Of a stretch of 64,000 bases of DNA, positions 21,347-32,624 are shown piece after piece. Position 1 is the first letter of the stretch. Every line of letters begins with the position of its first letter. The stretch lies in assembly GCA_963824385.1 (NCBI GenBank), contig CAWGPD010000004.1, positions 416,001 to 480,000 on the forward strand, in the 5' to 3' direction. The DNA comes from an uncultured Nitrososphaerota archaeon (GTDB lineage Archaea > Thermoproteota > Nitrososphaeria > Nitrososphaerales > Nitrosopumilaceae). The notes under the pieces were generated by a model. That model worked only from the letters and a program-made list of their open reading frames with translations. It was not told the origin of the DNA and searched no databases. The translations under genes were made by a program, and so were the position numbers.

Positions 21347-22159
21347 TATCCAAAATGGCCTTGAACATACTTTGCGGTTAACTCATTTCTGGGATTTTCA
21401 AATATTTGTTTTGTTTCTCCAAATTCAACCAAGTCTCCAAGATACATAAAGCCAGTATAGTCAGAAACTCTGGTTGCTTGTTGCATATTGTGTGTCACAA
21501 TAATTATCGTGTATTCTTTTTTTAGTTCATGCATCATCTCTTCAATTTTCTGAGATGCTATAGGATCAAGAGCAGAAGTTGGTTCATCCATTAAAAGAAC
21601 TTCTGGTTGAATAGCAAGTGCTCTAGCAATACACAAACGCTGTTGTTGTCCTCCAGAAAGACCCATTCCTGGTTTTTTCAGATCTCCTTTTACTTCCTCC
21701 CAAAGTGATGCCATCTTAAGACATCCTTCCACCACTTCGTCAAGTATCTTTTTATCTCTGACTCCATTTAGTTTTAGACCACATGCAACATTATCGTAAA
21801 TGGACATTGTAGGGAAAGGATTTGGTTTTTGAAATACCATTCCTATTTTTCTTCGATTTATAATAGGATCTACTTTGGTAGAGTAAAGGTCCTCACCATC
21901 AAGCATAACTTTTCCTGTCAGTGTAGCATTCTTTGTAAGCTCATGCATTCTGTTTAAACATCTAAGAAATGTTGTCTTTCCACATCCAGAAGGTCCTATA
22001 AGAGTCTGTAACTGCCCTGTCTCGAAACTTCATTGATACATTCTTTACAGTTGCTATACCGTCATAGCTTGCAGTAATATCTTCTGCAATGAGTTTGTAT
22101 TTTACATCTTCAGTTGAAATCCCCTTTACAGGAGTTCTTGTAGTTGCTGTCTCCATCAT
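21346..22159 (-). CDS. pstB: Phosphate ABC ATPase PstB; one +1 frameshift at ~22005
   Basis: Repaired [41 protein letters not shown]. Confidence 0.95.
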
Positions 22160-23076
22160 GATACAGCTCTCTTTCTCTTGAACCTTAAAAATGTTTTTTC
22201 TTTATTTCTCAAAAATATATACCTCACACCAATATTTATTGAAAGAACCATGATTATCAAAATAAATGCTGCCCCCCATCCTTGAGTCACTGCACTGTCA
22301 TATGGGAGTGATGAGAGTCTCCATATCCTAAGCGGAAGTGCGTCAATTGGTCCATTAAAGTCTGATATGAAGTCGCTGCTACCAAGAATTGTGAATATAA
22401 GAGGTGCTGTTTCACCAGATATTCTTGCAACTGCTAACAAAATTCCAGTTACAAGACCATTTTTTGCACCACTGAGTACAATAGTAAAAACTACTCTATA
22501 TCTCCTAATTCCTAAAGCATATCCAGCTTCCCTATATGTGACAGGTACTAATTTGAGTGATTCTTCGGTTGTTCTCATTATTATTGGCAACATAACAATA
22601 GAAAGTGCAAATGAACCAGCCCAGACAGAAAAGTTCCCTACTGTTAAAACAATTAAAACAAATGCAAACACACCAATTACAATTGTTGGAAATTCTGCAA
22701 GTACGTCATTGAAAAATCTAACTGTCCTACCATATCTATTGTTACCATATTCTGAGAGAAATATTCCACCCATCACACCAACCGGAACTCCAATTAGACT
22801 AGACATTCCAATAAGCACCAAAGTTCCTTGAATAGCAGGACCAATTCCTCCTGGGTCATCACTTCCTACAGCTCCAGGTACTTCAGTGAGAAATTCCCAT
22901 GTTAACGCAGGTGCTCCATTACTAAAGACATTGACTAAGATAGCCAGCAGTGGGACAATGGCAACTATCACACATGAAAAGACGATACACTTAACAATTT
23001 TGTCCAGTACAAGTCTCCTACCTACGTTATAACGAAAATGTTTTCTAAATTCAGCTCTTTGTTCAGGAGTAATCAT
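22156..23076 (-). CDS. pstA: Phosphate ABC permease PstA
   Basis: PTIVIG, ARISGETAPL. Confidence 0.93.
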   Translation of the reverse strand: MITPEQRAEFRKHFRYNVGRRLVLDKIVKCIVFSCVIVAIVPLLAILVNVFSNGAPALTWEFLTEVPGAVGSDDPGGIGPAIQGTLVLIGMSSLIGVPVGVMGGIFLSEYGNNRYGRTVRFFNDVLAEFPTIVIGVFAFVLIVLTVGNFSVWAGSFALSIVMLPIIMRTTEESLKLVPVTYREAGYALGIRRYRVVFTIVLSGAKNGLVTGILLAVARISGETAPLIFTILGSSDFISDFNGPIDALPLRIWRLSSLPYDSAVTQGWGAAFILIIMVLSINIGVRYIFLRNKEKTFLRFKRKRAVS

Positions 23077-24041
23077 GCCAGTACTGCTCCCTCGTGAGAC
23101 TTTACTACTCTAGCAACAAGAAGATGTGCAATTACATTGATGGTAAAGGCCATAAGGAAAAGAATTAGTCCAATACCAATAAGAGCTGCTAAATGAAGAC
23201 CACCTTGAGAGGCCTCAGCAAATTCATTTGCCATTATAGTAGCCAATGTTTGGCTAGGTTGGAATAATGAGGTTGGAATTGCAGCTGCTCCAGTTGCGTT
23301 TCCTATCAACATTGTAACTGCCATTGTCTCACCCACAGCTCTTCCAAGACCCAATATTGTAGCACCAATTAATCCAGATTTAGAATATGGCAATACTGCA
23401 AGTCTGAAAGCTTCCCATTTTGTAGCTCCAAGCATATATGCCGCTTCACGCTGACTATTTGGAACTGCCAACATAATCTCTTTTGAAATAGAAGCAATGG
23501 TAGGAATTATCATAATGGCTAAAATAATACTTGCTGTAAGAATATCTAGTCCAAAAGGAGTTCCTGCAAATATTATGCTCTTGTCTCCAAAGAAGTTATG
23601 AAGTGGAGTCTCTATCCAGTCTTGGATATAAAATCTGAATACAAGCAAGCCCCACAATCCATACACTACACTTGGAATAGCTGCAAGAAGCTCTATGATC
23701 ATAGAAAGAGGGGTCCTCAATAACCTAGGGGAAAGTTCAGAAAGAAACATGCCAATTCCAAAGCTTAGAGGTACTGCTATTAGCATGGCAATTCCAGCGT
23801 TAACTATAGTACCCATTATGTAAGGAAATGCACCATAAGATTCTCTGTCTTCAACAGAGTTCCAGTCAGAGCCTGTAAGAAATGATATTCCCTCTTGCTG
23901 CCAAACTTGTGCTGAACCGGTTACAAGATTAATTACAATCATTGCAATAACTACAAGAACATACGTGGCTGCCGCTAAGGCAACAATTTTAAAAATTTTA
24001 TCTACATGAGGTGACCCTTTATTCATTTTAATGGTCATCAT
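23073..24041 (-). CDS. pstC: Phosphate ABC permease PstC
   Basis: IPSVVYGLWG, GRAVGETMAV. Confidence 0.95.
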   Translation of the reverse strand: MMTIKMNKGSPHVDKIFKIVALAAATYVLVVIAMIVINLVTGSAQVWQQEGISFLTGSDWNSVEDRESYGAFPYIMGTIVNAGIAMLIAVPLSFGIGMFLSELSPRLLRTPLSMIIELLAAIPSVVYGLWGLLVFRFYIQDWIETPLHNFFGDKSIIFAGTPFGLDILTASIILAIMIIPTIASISKEIMLAVPNSQREAAYMLGATKWEAFRLAVLPYSKSGLIGATILGLGRAVGETMAVTMLIGNATGAAAIPTSLFQPSQTLATIMANEFAEASQGGLHLAALIGIGLILFLMAFTINVIAHLLVARVVKSHEGAVLA

Positions 24042-24100
24042 TACATATTTTCAAGACATTAGATTAGATATCAGAGGATCGACCATGATTTCTTAAATCT

Positions 24101-24135
24101 CATAGTTCAATATAGAACTATATAGTCATATATAG
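24101..24135. promoter_or_regulatory. Four (C/T)ATAG repeats at 10-bp spacing including ACTATATAGT, in the divergent pstC/regulator promoter
   Basis: catag 24101, tatag 24111, 24121 and 24131. Confidence 0.6.
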
Positions 24136-24180
24136 AAATAGGGGGCAAGTGCTTTAATTATAGGATATATAATAAAATCA

Positions 24181-25233
24181 TTGTCCGAAGTACTAAACGA
24201 TAGAGAGGTTCGAAAACTACAACTTGTTGGGGGATCCACGTATGTTCTATCTCTTCCCAAAAAATGGGTCGATGAGCTGAAACTAAAGACAGGAGATTCT
24301 GTTTCAATAATTAAAAATGTCAACAAATCGCTTTCAATATTACCAACGACAAACACTTCAAGTCCAAAGCTTTCAAAATCAAAGACAGTCATTAGTCAAA
24401 AAGATAGTGTAGAATCAGTTCAAAGAAAGATCATTGCAATGTATCTATCAGGTTATCAGATTATAGAAATTCATGCAAAAGGAGGAAGAATTCAATTAGA
24501 ACACAAACAGGCAATAAGAGATCTTGTAAGAAAAAACATGATCGGAACTGAAATTGTAGAGTCTACACCCGAATCACTTACAATTCAGGTTTTAACCAGC
24601 CTTCCAGAACTTTCAATTAGTGATGCCCTCAAGAGGATGTTTTTACTCACGTCAACAATGCATAGACAGGCAATTGATGCCCTAAAAGAAATGGATGTGG
24701 AGTTAGGAGAAGAGATTACTCATCTAGATGATGAAGTAGATAGATTCAGTCTATACATACTTAGAAATTTAACACTTGCAGTTGAACATGAAAAGATCCT
24801 TCGAGATGTAGGACTCAAAAAACCATCAGATTGTATTAGTTATAGAATAGTGGTAAAATCAATTGAAAGAATTGCAGATCATGCAGTATCAATTGCAAGT
24901 AGGATAAAATTTTTAAAATCAACTTTGGAACCTGCGTTGATACAAAAGATAACTCGCCTAAGTGAAGAATCACTCAAAGTTTTCGAGGACTCTATTTTGG
25001 CATTAAATAAGAGAGACTATGCACTTGCAGATAGTGTTGCAACCAATGCGTGCAGGATAACTGAAAAAGAAAAAGAGTTTACAGATAGCCTTGAGGAATC
25101 AAAGAAATACTCTAGTGTGATCAAGTTTGTCTTAGAAGATATTCGTAGAACTGCAGAATATTCTAGTGACATTGCAGAAGCTGTAATTAATGAAACCGTT
25201 CAGGATGTAATTTCTGAGAACATATCTCCATAA
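24181..25233 (+). CDS. AbrB-PhoU phosphate uptake regulator
   Basis: N-terminal RKLQLVGGSTYVLSLPKKW (AbrB-like), LDDEVDR and IERIADHA PhoU repeats. Confidence 0.9.
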   Translation: MSEVLNDREVRKLQLVGGSTYVLSLPKKWVDELKLKTGDSVSIIKNVNKSLSILPTTNTSSPKLSKSKTVISQKDSVESVQRKIIAMYLSGYQIIEIHAKGGRIQLEHKQAIRDLVRKNMIGTEIVESTPESLTIQVLTSLPELSISDALKRMFLLTSTMHRQAIDALKEMDVELGEEITHLDDEVDRFSLYILRNLTLAVEHEKILRDVGLKKPSDCISYRIVVKSIERIADHAVSIASRIKFLKSTLEPALIQKITRLSEESLKVFEDSILALNKRDYALADSVATNACRITEKEKEFTDSLEESKKYSSVIKFVLEDIRRTAEYSSDIAEAVINETVQDVISENISP

Positions 25234-25253
25234 CAAGAAAACAAACACGTTTT

Positions 25254-25281
25254 ATCTATATAGATCACTTGTCCTATATAG
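25254..25281. promoter_or_regulatory. Two CTATATAG palindromes upstream of DUF47-pit
   Basis: ATCTATATAGAT at 25254-25265 and CTATATAG at 25274-25281. Confidence 0.55.
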
Positions 25282-25317
25282 AGCAGGTATTTATCTATGA
25301 ATCTTATGAGACCCAAT

Positions 25318-25950
25318 ATGGCAAAATGGTTGTCTTGGATAAAATCAAATGACAAAGAAATTATTGCAATATTAAATGATTCTGCAGGCAAAGCAGAAGA
25401 GTCTGCAAAACTGCTAGTTGATTTATTTGCAAACTTTGATAAATTAAATGAGAATCATGCTGAAATTGAAAAACTAGAAAAAGAAGCAGACAAACTTACA
25501 CATTCCATTTTTGAAGAATTAAACAAGACATTCATTACCCCTCTAGACAGAGAAGATATTTCCAGGATTGCATCAAAGACAGATGATATCATAGATTACA
25601 TTGATGGAATAGTGGGAAGAATAATTGGTTTTAAAATAAAATCTCCTCCACCATACATGCTTGAAATGGCAAAAGAAATTCACAATTCCACAAAGGAAAT
25701 TAATTTAATGATTACAAGATTAAACAAAGTAAAGGCAGACAAATCACTAATTGAACACTGCCGGGTAGTAAATGAACAAGAGCACAACGTTGACGCTATT
25801 TTTCGTAAAGCCATAGGAGAATTATTTGAGACAACGGATGTTATTAATATTATAAAAATGAAAGATACCTATGAAGCACTTGAGAACGCTTCAGATAGAT
25901 GCCTTGATGTAACTGATTCCATAGAGGACATTGTTCTCAAATACACATAG
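25318..25950 (+). CDS. DUF47 phosphate transport regulator (PhoU-like Pit accessory protein)
   Basis: FITPLDREDI, EKEAD, LENASD; upstream of pit. Confidence 0.88.
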   Translation: MAKWLSWIKSNDKEIIAILNDSAGKAEESAKLLVDLFANFDKLNENHAEIEKLEKEADKLTHSIFEELNKTFITPLDREDISRIASKTDDIIDYIDGIVGRIIGFKIKSPPPYMLEMAKEIHNSTKEINLMITRLNKVKADKSLIEHCRVVNEQEHNVDAIFRKAIGELFETTDVINIIKMKDTYEALENASDRCLDVTDSIEDIVLKYT

Positions 25951-25959
25951 GTATTTTCT

Positions 25960-26951
25960 ATGATTGAATTAGCCATAGGTGCGATTGTAGCAGCACTAGT
26001 TTTTGATTTCCTTAACGGATTCCATGATGCAGCAAATTCCGTTGCAACTGTAATAGGCACTAGAATTCTAAGACCACTTCACGCTGTATCAATAGCAGCA
26101 GCTGCCAATTTTATTGGTCCATTTCTCTTCGGAGTTGCAGTTGCAACAACAGTGGGAAAAGGAATCATCAATCCAGATTTTGTTACACTCAATATAATCA
26201 TCGGGGCTCTTGTTGGCGGCATAGTATGGGATATTTTCACATGGCTGCTTGGTTTGCCTACATCAAGTAGTCATGCATTGGTAGGTGGAATTATAGGCGC
26301 TGGAATAGCAGGAGCTGGAACCAAGGTAATAGTGATTGACGGGATACAAAAAGTTGTCATGGGAATTCTGGTCTCCCCCATTGCAGGTTTTGCAGCAGCA
26401 TTTGTAACTGGATTAGCGATAATGATGATATTTGCAAAAGCAAAACCTCATGCGGTAAACTCTGCGTTTGGAAAGCTGCAATTAGTTTCTGCTACATATT
26501 TTTCATTAACCCACGGAGCAAATGATGGACAAAAAACAATGGGAGTCATTGCTTTGATTTTACTAACTCAGGGAGTAATTACAAAATTTAGTGTTCCATA
26601 CTATGTGATCATAATGGCTGCATTAGTGTATAAGCCTTGGAACATTTTTTGGAGGATGGCGCATAGTAAAGACAATGGCAGTAAAGATTACTCAGCTTAG
26701 ACCATACCAAGGTTTTGCTGCAGAAACAAGTGCAGCTGACAATACTTGCAACTCTTGCATGGTTCGGAATTCCAGCAAGTACAACTCATGCCATATCTGG
26801 AAGCATAATGGGAGTAGGTGCAGTAAGAAGAATGTCAGCAGTAAGATGGGGCATAGGAAAAAGGATCGTATGGGCATGGATTATAACAATACCTGCTAGT
26901 GCGGCAGTATCATTTGTAATTATGCTACTCATAAAAGTAATATCACATTAA
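25960..26951 (+). CDS. pit: Inorganic phosphate transporter, PiT family; two +1 frameshifts
   Basis: NGFHDAANS, PTSSSHAL, HGANDGQK; repaired GGWRIVKTM and PASTTH. Confidence 0.93.
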
Positions 26952-27068
26952 TTATAAAATTTCAATCATACCATAATCAGACATTTAATTAAAGTCAGTA
27001 TACAATTATCAAATTCTTTTCGTATCATAAAATAAACAGATCATAACTTAAAAGAACAGGGTATTATT

Positions 27069-27882
27069 ATGAATATAATGAAAGAAACTTTAGATTTTGA
27101 CAAGAAATTATTCTTCAAAAAATTTGAAAAAATTCAAGAGAAATTTTATCAGCAATTACAAGATTACATAAAAAAGCCAAGTGATGAAAATATCCATGAT
27201 ATTAGAGTTGCAATTAGACGTTTAGAGACAGCTTACAAAATTTTGCCAAAGAATTTGAGGAAAAAAGAAAAAAATACAAATTATGTAAAACAAGTTAAAA
27301 CACTTTTTAAATTAAATGCAAAGATAAGGGATTATGATATAATATGTGCAAAAATGGAATCCAAGTATAAAGACCAAACATATGATTTGGTAGTTATTCT
27401 AAAAAATGCCAGAATTGAAAAACTTCATAGTGCTAATGAAATTGCATTAAAAATCCTACATGCATCTACTCCCAAGATCTCTGTCCAACATGATAAAAGA
27501 ATCAAAATTGAATAAGAGATATTTCAAAATATTGGGCAAAATAGAATTGGACATTCAAAAAAATACAATTATTGCACTTGGAGATGAGAAAAAAATAGAA
27601 GAGCTGCATATGCTAAGAAAAGATTTTAAAAAATTACGATACTCATTTGAATTAGCATCAAGTAAAGGAAAAACAGTCCAAATCCTCAAAAATTTAAAAG
27701 AAATTCAAGATATGCTTGGCGATGTTCATGATAGTGACATAATTATCGATAATCTTAGAAGTATTGAACAAAATTCAAAATATTTAGACATCATAGAATC
27801 TGAAGTTTTAGAAAGGAGAAAAAAATACAATGCGTTTGTAGATGCCTTTAAGAAAATAAAACCAAAGGCAGGATATTTCTAA
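27069..27882 (+). CDS. CHAD domain (polyphosphate-binding) protein; one +1 frameshift at ~27480
   Basis: IHDIRVAIRRL, RDYD, LHMLRKDFKKLRY, QDMLGDVHD. Confidence 0.88.
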
Positions 27883-29403
27883 CTATAATTCAAGGATGGA
27901 GCTTTGTGGACTTCCCAGATAGGGACGAGTTGAGAGAATAACTTTAACATCAAATACAATCTCAAACTTTTTCAAGGCATCTTTGAGTAAAAATTTCTGA
28001 GTAGAACGTGATTGGGTGATGGTGATTTCTATTATTCTTGTCCCATGTTGTTTTAATTCAATCTTTGACTTGGTTCTTTCAAGAATCTTTCTTAGAGTAA
28101 TCAATGCGGAGATTTTCTTCATAGATATCTTATCTTGTTGAGATAGAATTGTTCTGTATCGGGCAAATAACCAGTCGGATGTCTTAGTATGTCTTGCATG
28201 TACTAGAGAAAGTCCTAAGACTAGTTGATCATTATGATCAAGCGGAATATCTTCATCCATGATTGAATAAAACACACTCTGTGGACTACTAAATGATGAT
28301 TTCTCTGACATTATTTTTTCAGCATAATCAAGTATCTTTCGTCTCTCTTTTAGAAATGAGTTTGATAGATAAAGAGTGTTAAGAAAAGATTCTTTTTCCA
28401 GAACTTGTGATACGTGGTTCATCAAGACCGATTGTTTTTCTAATTTGTTCAGCAGTAAGGTATCCATCATGATACGCCTTTGGATCTTCCAAGAATATTG
28501 AAAGTGCTCCCTCTCTGAGTCCATGGTTACTTACATACAAATCTGAAAAATCGTATTTTTCCATCAATGTCTCAATTACATAAGAGCCTGCAATAATTGT
28601 CTCAGATCTACTAGAACCCAAGACTGAGATCTTTGAAATATCATCCGAACTCATTTTTGACAACCCACTAATTGTAGAATCAAGAGATTTACGACTAATT
28701 TTGTAATTATGAATTTTATCCAATGGATATAATGAAACTCTTTGCTCATATCTAGCCAAGGCACGCAATGCACCACCAACCCCAACAAGCTTTACATCTC
28801 GACTCATGCCCAAATCTTTTTTGCTAGGAAGAAGATTCCAGATGTGTCGTTTTAGGTCCTTGAGATTTTTTTCAGTGAATTTACCTCTTCTGCCATCAAA
28901 TTGATGTGTCAATCGTAGAGCTCCGAGAGGTAATGAGATTACTTTTTTTATCTTGAATCGTTCTGCGTAAACAATCTCCAAGCTACCACCTCCAATGTCA
29001 AAAAATAATGAATCGGGAATATGAAGTGATTTTATTGCACCCACATATGAGTACAGAGCTTCCTCTCGTTCAGATAGAACTTTGAAATTAAATCCAGTTT
29101 CTTTAGAAACAACATTTAGAAAGTTTTCCTTGTTACGTGCCTCTCTTACTGCACTAGTAGCAATAGGTAGGACTGATTTTATAGGATTTAATTGAATTAT
29201 ATCTCTAAAAACTTGTAGTGTATCTATTGCTCTTGACATGGGTTTTTTTCCCAATTTGCCTTTTTCGTCAAGTCCTTCTCCTAGTCTTACTTTGATTCCT
29301 TCTTGCTGATAAACATCAAACGAATCATCATCTTTGACATTATAGATGACCAATTTAGCAGAGTTAAAACCAAGATCGATTACAGATATTTTCAGTTAAA
29401 CAT
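27883..29403 (-). CDS. ppx: Ppx/GppA exopolyphosphatase; frameshift near 28400 and probably near the start
   Basis: VIDLGFNS, ATSAVR, EEA, DIGGGSLE, GLREG. Confidence 0.9.
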
Positions 29404-29487
29404 TACCTACTTTTTTACTAACATGAACTATTAATCTACTTCTGATTTACATTTTTTCACTAAATGAAAAACATAGGAAACGTAAAC

Positions 29488-29986
29488 CTACGATATTTTC
29501 TTCAAAAGTTTTGGAGTAAGCAACCATCTTAGATCTCCTTTGAGTTTAGGCAGTATAGCCAGTACTCTTATCCTAGCTAGTCCAGCTCTTCTTTAGATCT
29601 ATTCTACAATCAGATTGAGATATAGATTCACTAATCATTTGGCTCAGATATGGTTCATGACCCACTACAAGCACTACAGATTCTCGTTTTAACTTTGACA
29701 AGGCAGAGTAAAATTCTAGTCTGCTTCCTTCAGGTTTCAAGGCATCTAATTCTTCGATTTTACCTTTGTATTTGAGAGATTTTGCTACAAGTTCAGCTGT
29801 ATTTTTGGCTCGTAAGAGAGGACTAGTAAGGATATAATCCAATTTCACTTCCAAGAATTTTAGACCATTTGATAGATCTAGAATCTCTTGACGTCCATCA
29901 GGGGTAAGTGTTCTCTTAAAATCCCCCGATGATGGAGATCGTTTTCCCGCGTCACCGTGTCGTAGCACTAACAGATCCATAGACAA
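29488..29986 (-). CDS. sixA: Phosphohistidine phosphatase SixA; one +1 frameshift at ~29589
   Basis: LRHGDA, R.LT..G, SPLLRA, VGHEP. Confidence 0.9.
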
Positions 29987-30110
29987 GTCATCAGTTTTTC
30001 AAATATTTATGAGTTAAAGAAGGTTTGGCGTTACAACCATAATGTAGATTTGAAATGAAATTGCAAACCGTCTACACCATGAATTATTATTTTTTTTAGT
30101 GTTACATTTA

Positions 30111-30118
30111 CTATATAG
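30111..30118. promoter_or_regulatory. CTATATAG palindrome in the divergent sixA/kinase promoter
   Basis: Seen directly. Confidence 0.45.
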
Positions 30119-30225
30119 ATCATAGTCATTAATTGATGAAATTTTACAAACCGCATGATAGATGGAAAAATGGCAGTAAAACCTAAAATTGCCGTCATGT
30201 CACAAAGTAACTCGAGATAAGAAAA

Positions 30226-30897
30226 ATGGAAAAAAGAGGAAAACTAATCATAGTTGAAGGCATAGACGGTTCAGGAAAATCAACTCAACTTCATCTTTTA
30301 GAAAAGTGGCTTGCATTCAAGGGTGTCAATGTTTTCAAGTCAGAATGGAATTCTTCTGAAATGGTAAAAGAGATCACATCCAAGGGGAAAAAGAAAGGAT
30401 TACTCACTCCAACTACGTTTAGTTTATTGCATGCTACAGACTTTGCAGATAGATATGAAAGAAATATCTCACCATTGTTAAGAGCAGGCTATTTTGTATT
30501 AGCAGATAGATTTGTCTACACTGCATTTGCAAGAGACATTGTAAGAGGTTGTAATCCTGCATGGGTAAAGAAAGTGTATGATTTTGCAGTCAAACCAGAT
30601 GTTGCGTTTTACTTTAAAGTTCCAGTAGACATTGCAGTTGATAGAATTCTCATTGGTAGACCCAAGCTAAAGTATTACGAAGCTGGAATGGATATGAACT
30701 TGAGTAATGACCCATATGAGAGTTATAGAATTTTTCAAGGAAGAATAATTGAGCAATATGACTCACTTGCAGAAAGTGAGGGGTTTACCATAATAGATGG
30801 AACACTAAACATTGAAGAACAACAAAATATGGTAAGAAAAAATATCATGCCACTTTTAGAAGACATGAAACCAACCAGGACGAGGGCAAGGAGATAA
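30226..30897 (+). CDS. Thymidylate-kinase-like P-loop protein; putative catalytic subunit of a family-3 polyphosphate kinase
   Basis: EGIDGSGKST, ADRF; neighbours ppx, CHAD and sixA. Confidence 0.8.
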   Translation: MEKRGKLIIVEGIDGSGKSTQLHLLEKWLAFKGVNVFKSEWNSSEMVKEITSKGKKKGLLTPTTFSLLHATDFADRYERNISPLLRAGYFVLADRFVYTAFARDIVRGCNPAWVKKVYDFAVKPDVAFYFKVPVDIAVDRILIGRPKLKYYEAGMDMNLSNDPYESYRIFQGRIIEQYDSLAESEGFTIIDGTLNIEEQQNMVRKNIMPLLEDMKPTRTRARR

Positions 30898-30900
30898 GAC

Positions 30901-31632
30901 ATGACGCGAGACAAATACAAGGATCTTGGAACCAGAACTGTGGAATTTTATGGTCATGGAATAAAGAATTTGCAAGACACTGAAATTAAGGGAAAATTGA
31001 TTGTTATTGAAGGTCCAGACGCATCAGGCCGTAGCACGCAGATCCAATCAATCACTACAAGATTGGAAGCAGATGGTCATGCAGTACTCAATACTGGCCT
31101 TAAAAGATTAGAACTTGTTGGCAAAGGAATATTGGAAGCAAAGGAAAATTACACATTGGGTAAGAAAACTCTAGCGTTATACTATGCCGCAGATTTTGCA
31201 GACCAATTTGAATACAAGATTATTCCCGCATTGCAAGCAGGATATATTGTCCTTGCAGACAGATACATCTACACACTCATAGCAAGAAATTTGGCAAGAG
31301 GTTTGGACAAAACTTGGTGTCACAATTTATACGGATTTGCAATCAAGCCAGACATTGTATTTTATTTAGATGTTGAACCATCAGTCTTGATACACAGAGT
31401 TTTCCAAAAGAATTCTACATTAGACTATTACGAATCAGGGGCAGACATGGGACTATCAAATGATATGTACGAATCATTTTTAATTTATCAAAAGAGAATA
31501 TCACAAGAGTTTCATTTGATGCAAAAAAGATATGGTCTTGTACCTATCAATGGCAACAGAACTATGCTCGAAATTCATAATGACTTACAGAAGAGAATAG
31601 ATAATTTTCTTCGTCGGGTTGGTCACAAATAA
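30901..31632 (+). CDS. Second thymidylate-kinase-like protein with altered P-loop; putative regulatory subunit
   Basis: EGPDASGRST (K replaced by R), ADRY; tandem paralog 3 nt downstream. Confidence 0.8.
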   Translation: MTRDKYKDLGTRTVEFYGHGIKNLQDTEIKGKLIVIEGPDASGRSTQIQSITTRLEADGHAVLNTGLKRLELVGKGILEAKENYTLGKKTLALYYAADFADQFEYKIIPALQAGYIVLADRYIYTLIARNLARGLDKTWCHNLYGFAIKPDIVFYLDVEPSVLIHRVFQKNSTLDYYESGADMGLSNDMYESFLIYQKRISQEFHLMQKRYGLVPINGNRTMLEIHNDLQKRIDNFLRRVGHK

Positions 31633-31669
31633 ATAGAAAACTAACTTATTACACGTGCTCAAAAATTCC

Positions 31670-32053
31670 TTAAATTGGATCATGCGAAGATACTACATTT
31701 TTTACAGTATTTTCAGTTGTCTCATGAGATTTGACAAACTTGATCTCTGTTAGAGTAGCATACTCCGCTTTTCCTTTTGACATTGGAACTAGAATTTTTT
31801 TCAACTTTTTTAGATGTTCAGTTTTTTCATGTGTTTTCTTGGCATTTTTATCGGTAAAGGACATGATATGCACAAACGAGGAACTGTCATCAGCATCCTG
31901 AAACACTTTGTATTCAATTGTTCCCGGTTCATTCTTTTTTACTGCGTCTACATACTCGGACAGTGCATCTTTTGCTTTAGCAAGTTTTTTCTTTTTCACG
32001 TTGTATTGTACCGTCATTGTAATTAGTTCCAAGACAATTAACCTAAAAAACAA
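31670..32053 (-). CDS. Antibiotic-biosynthesis-monooxygenase (ABM) domain protein
   Basis: NEPGTIEYKVF, H..T.H pattern; true start may be slightly downstream. Confidence 0.7.
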   Translation of the reverse strand: MFFRLIVLELITMTVQYNVKKKKLAKAKDALSEYVDAVKKNEPGTIEYKVFQDADDSSSFVHIMSFTDKNAKKTHEKTEHLKKLKKILVPMSKGKAEYATLTEIKFVKSHETTENTVKNVVSSHDPI

Positions 32054-32222
32054 ATAACTATTATCTAATAAAAACTTGATTGCAAAATTTCACATAAAGC
32101 AGGCATAACAGAAATAATTTACAAGAATCATACTACATAGTTTCTTAGAACTATATTGGCATCATAGACAATAACATTCTATACGGCTCATCCTTTTCAT
32201 CCACCAAATACATCACAATAGT

Positions 32223-32624
32223 ATGACAAGTTATTTTGAAAGTCTGTTTGAGTTTGACTCACTTTGTAGTAACATTGCAAAGATTGATGATAACATTGAG
32301 TTAGTTGCAGTTCTAAATAACAAAGGTAGAGCCATAGAAATGATTGCCAAAGAGGAAGGCATCAACAGAGATTTTCCTCCTCAGAAAAGAGAGATGCTAT
32401 TCATGGAATATGTGCTCAAATCTAACATGAATAAGGAACATAATCACGAATTTGGTAGAGTTTTCAGTTCCATTCTTGAAAGGGAGAAATTCACAGTATT
32501 ATCATTTGAGATATTAGAATACGTATTATTAGTAATAACAAAATCAATTATCAATCCAATAGAGATCAAGAACAAAATTTCAGAAACAATAATCAACAAT
32601 AGAAAAGCAGAACTAGCACAATAA
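32223..32624 (+). CDS. Thaumarchaeal roadblock/profilin-like hypothetical protein (DUF6659-like)
   Basis: C..I..ID..I..V.VLN.KG...FG.V pattern shared with ORF 40301-40729. Confidence 0.6.
   Translation: MTSYFESLFEFDSLCSNIAKIDDNIELVAVLNNKGRAIEMIAKEEGINRDFPPQKREMLFMEYVLKSNMNKEHNHEFGRVFSSILEREKFTVLSFEILEYVLLVITKSIINPIEIKNKISETIINNRKAELAQ

Noticed and set aside
29390..29403. CTG start codon for ppx (and for hemA at ~50855)
   Set aside because: Restoring a G at an AGCT site gives ATG TTT AAG CTG for ppx; the hemA site lies beside a GATC, so non-canonical starts cannot be supported
30155..30220. Short upstream ORF before the first kinase gene as a regulatory leader peptide
   Set aside because: No distinctive composition; it could be an out-of-frame N-terminal extension or chance
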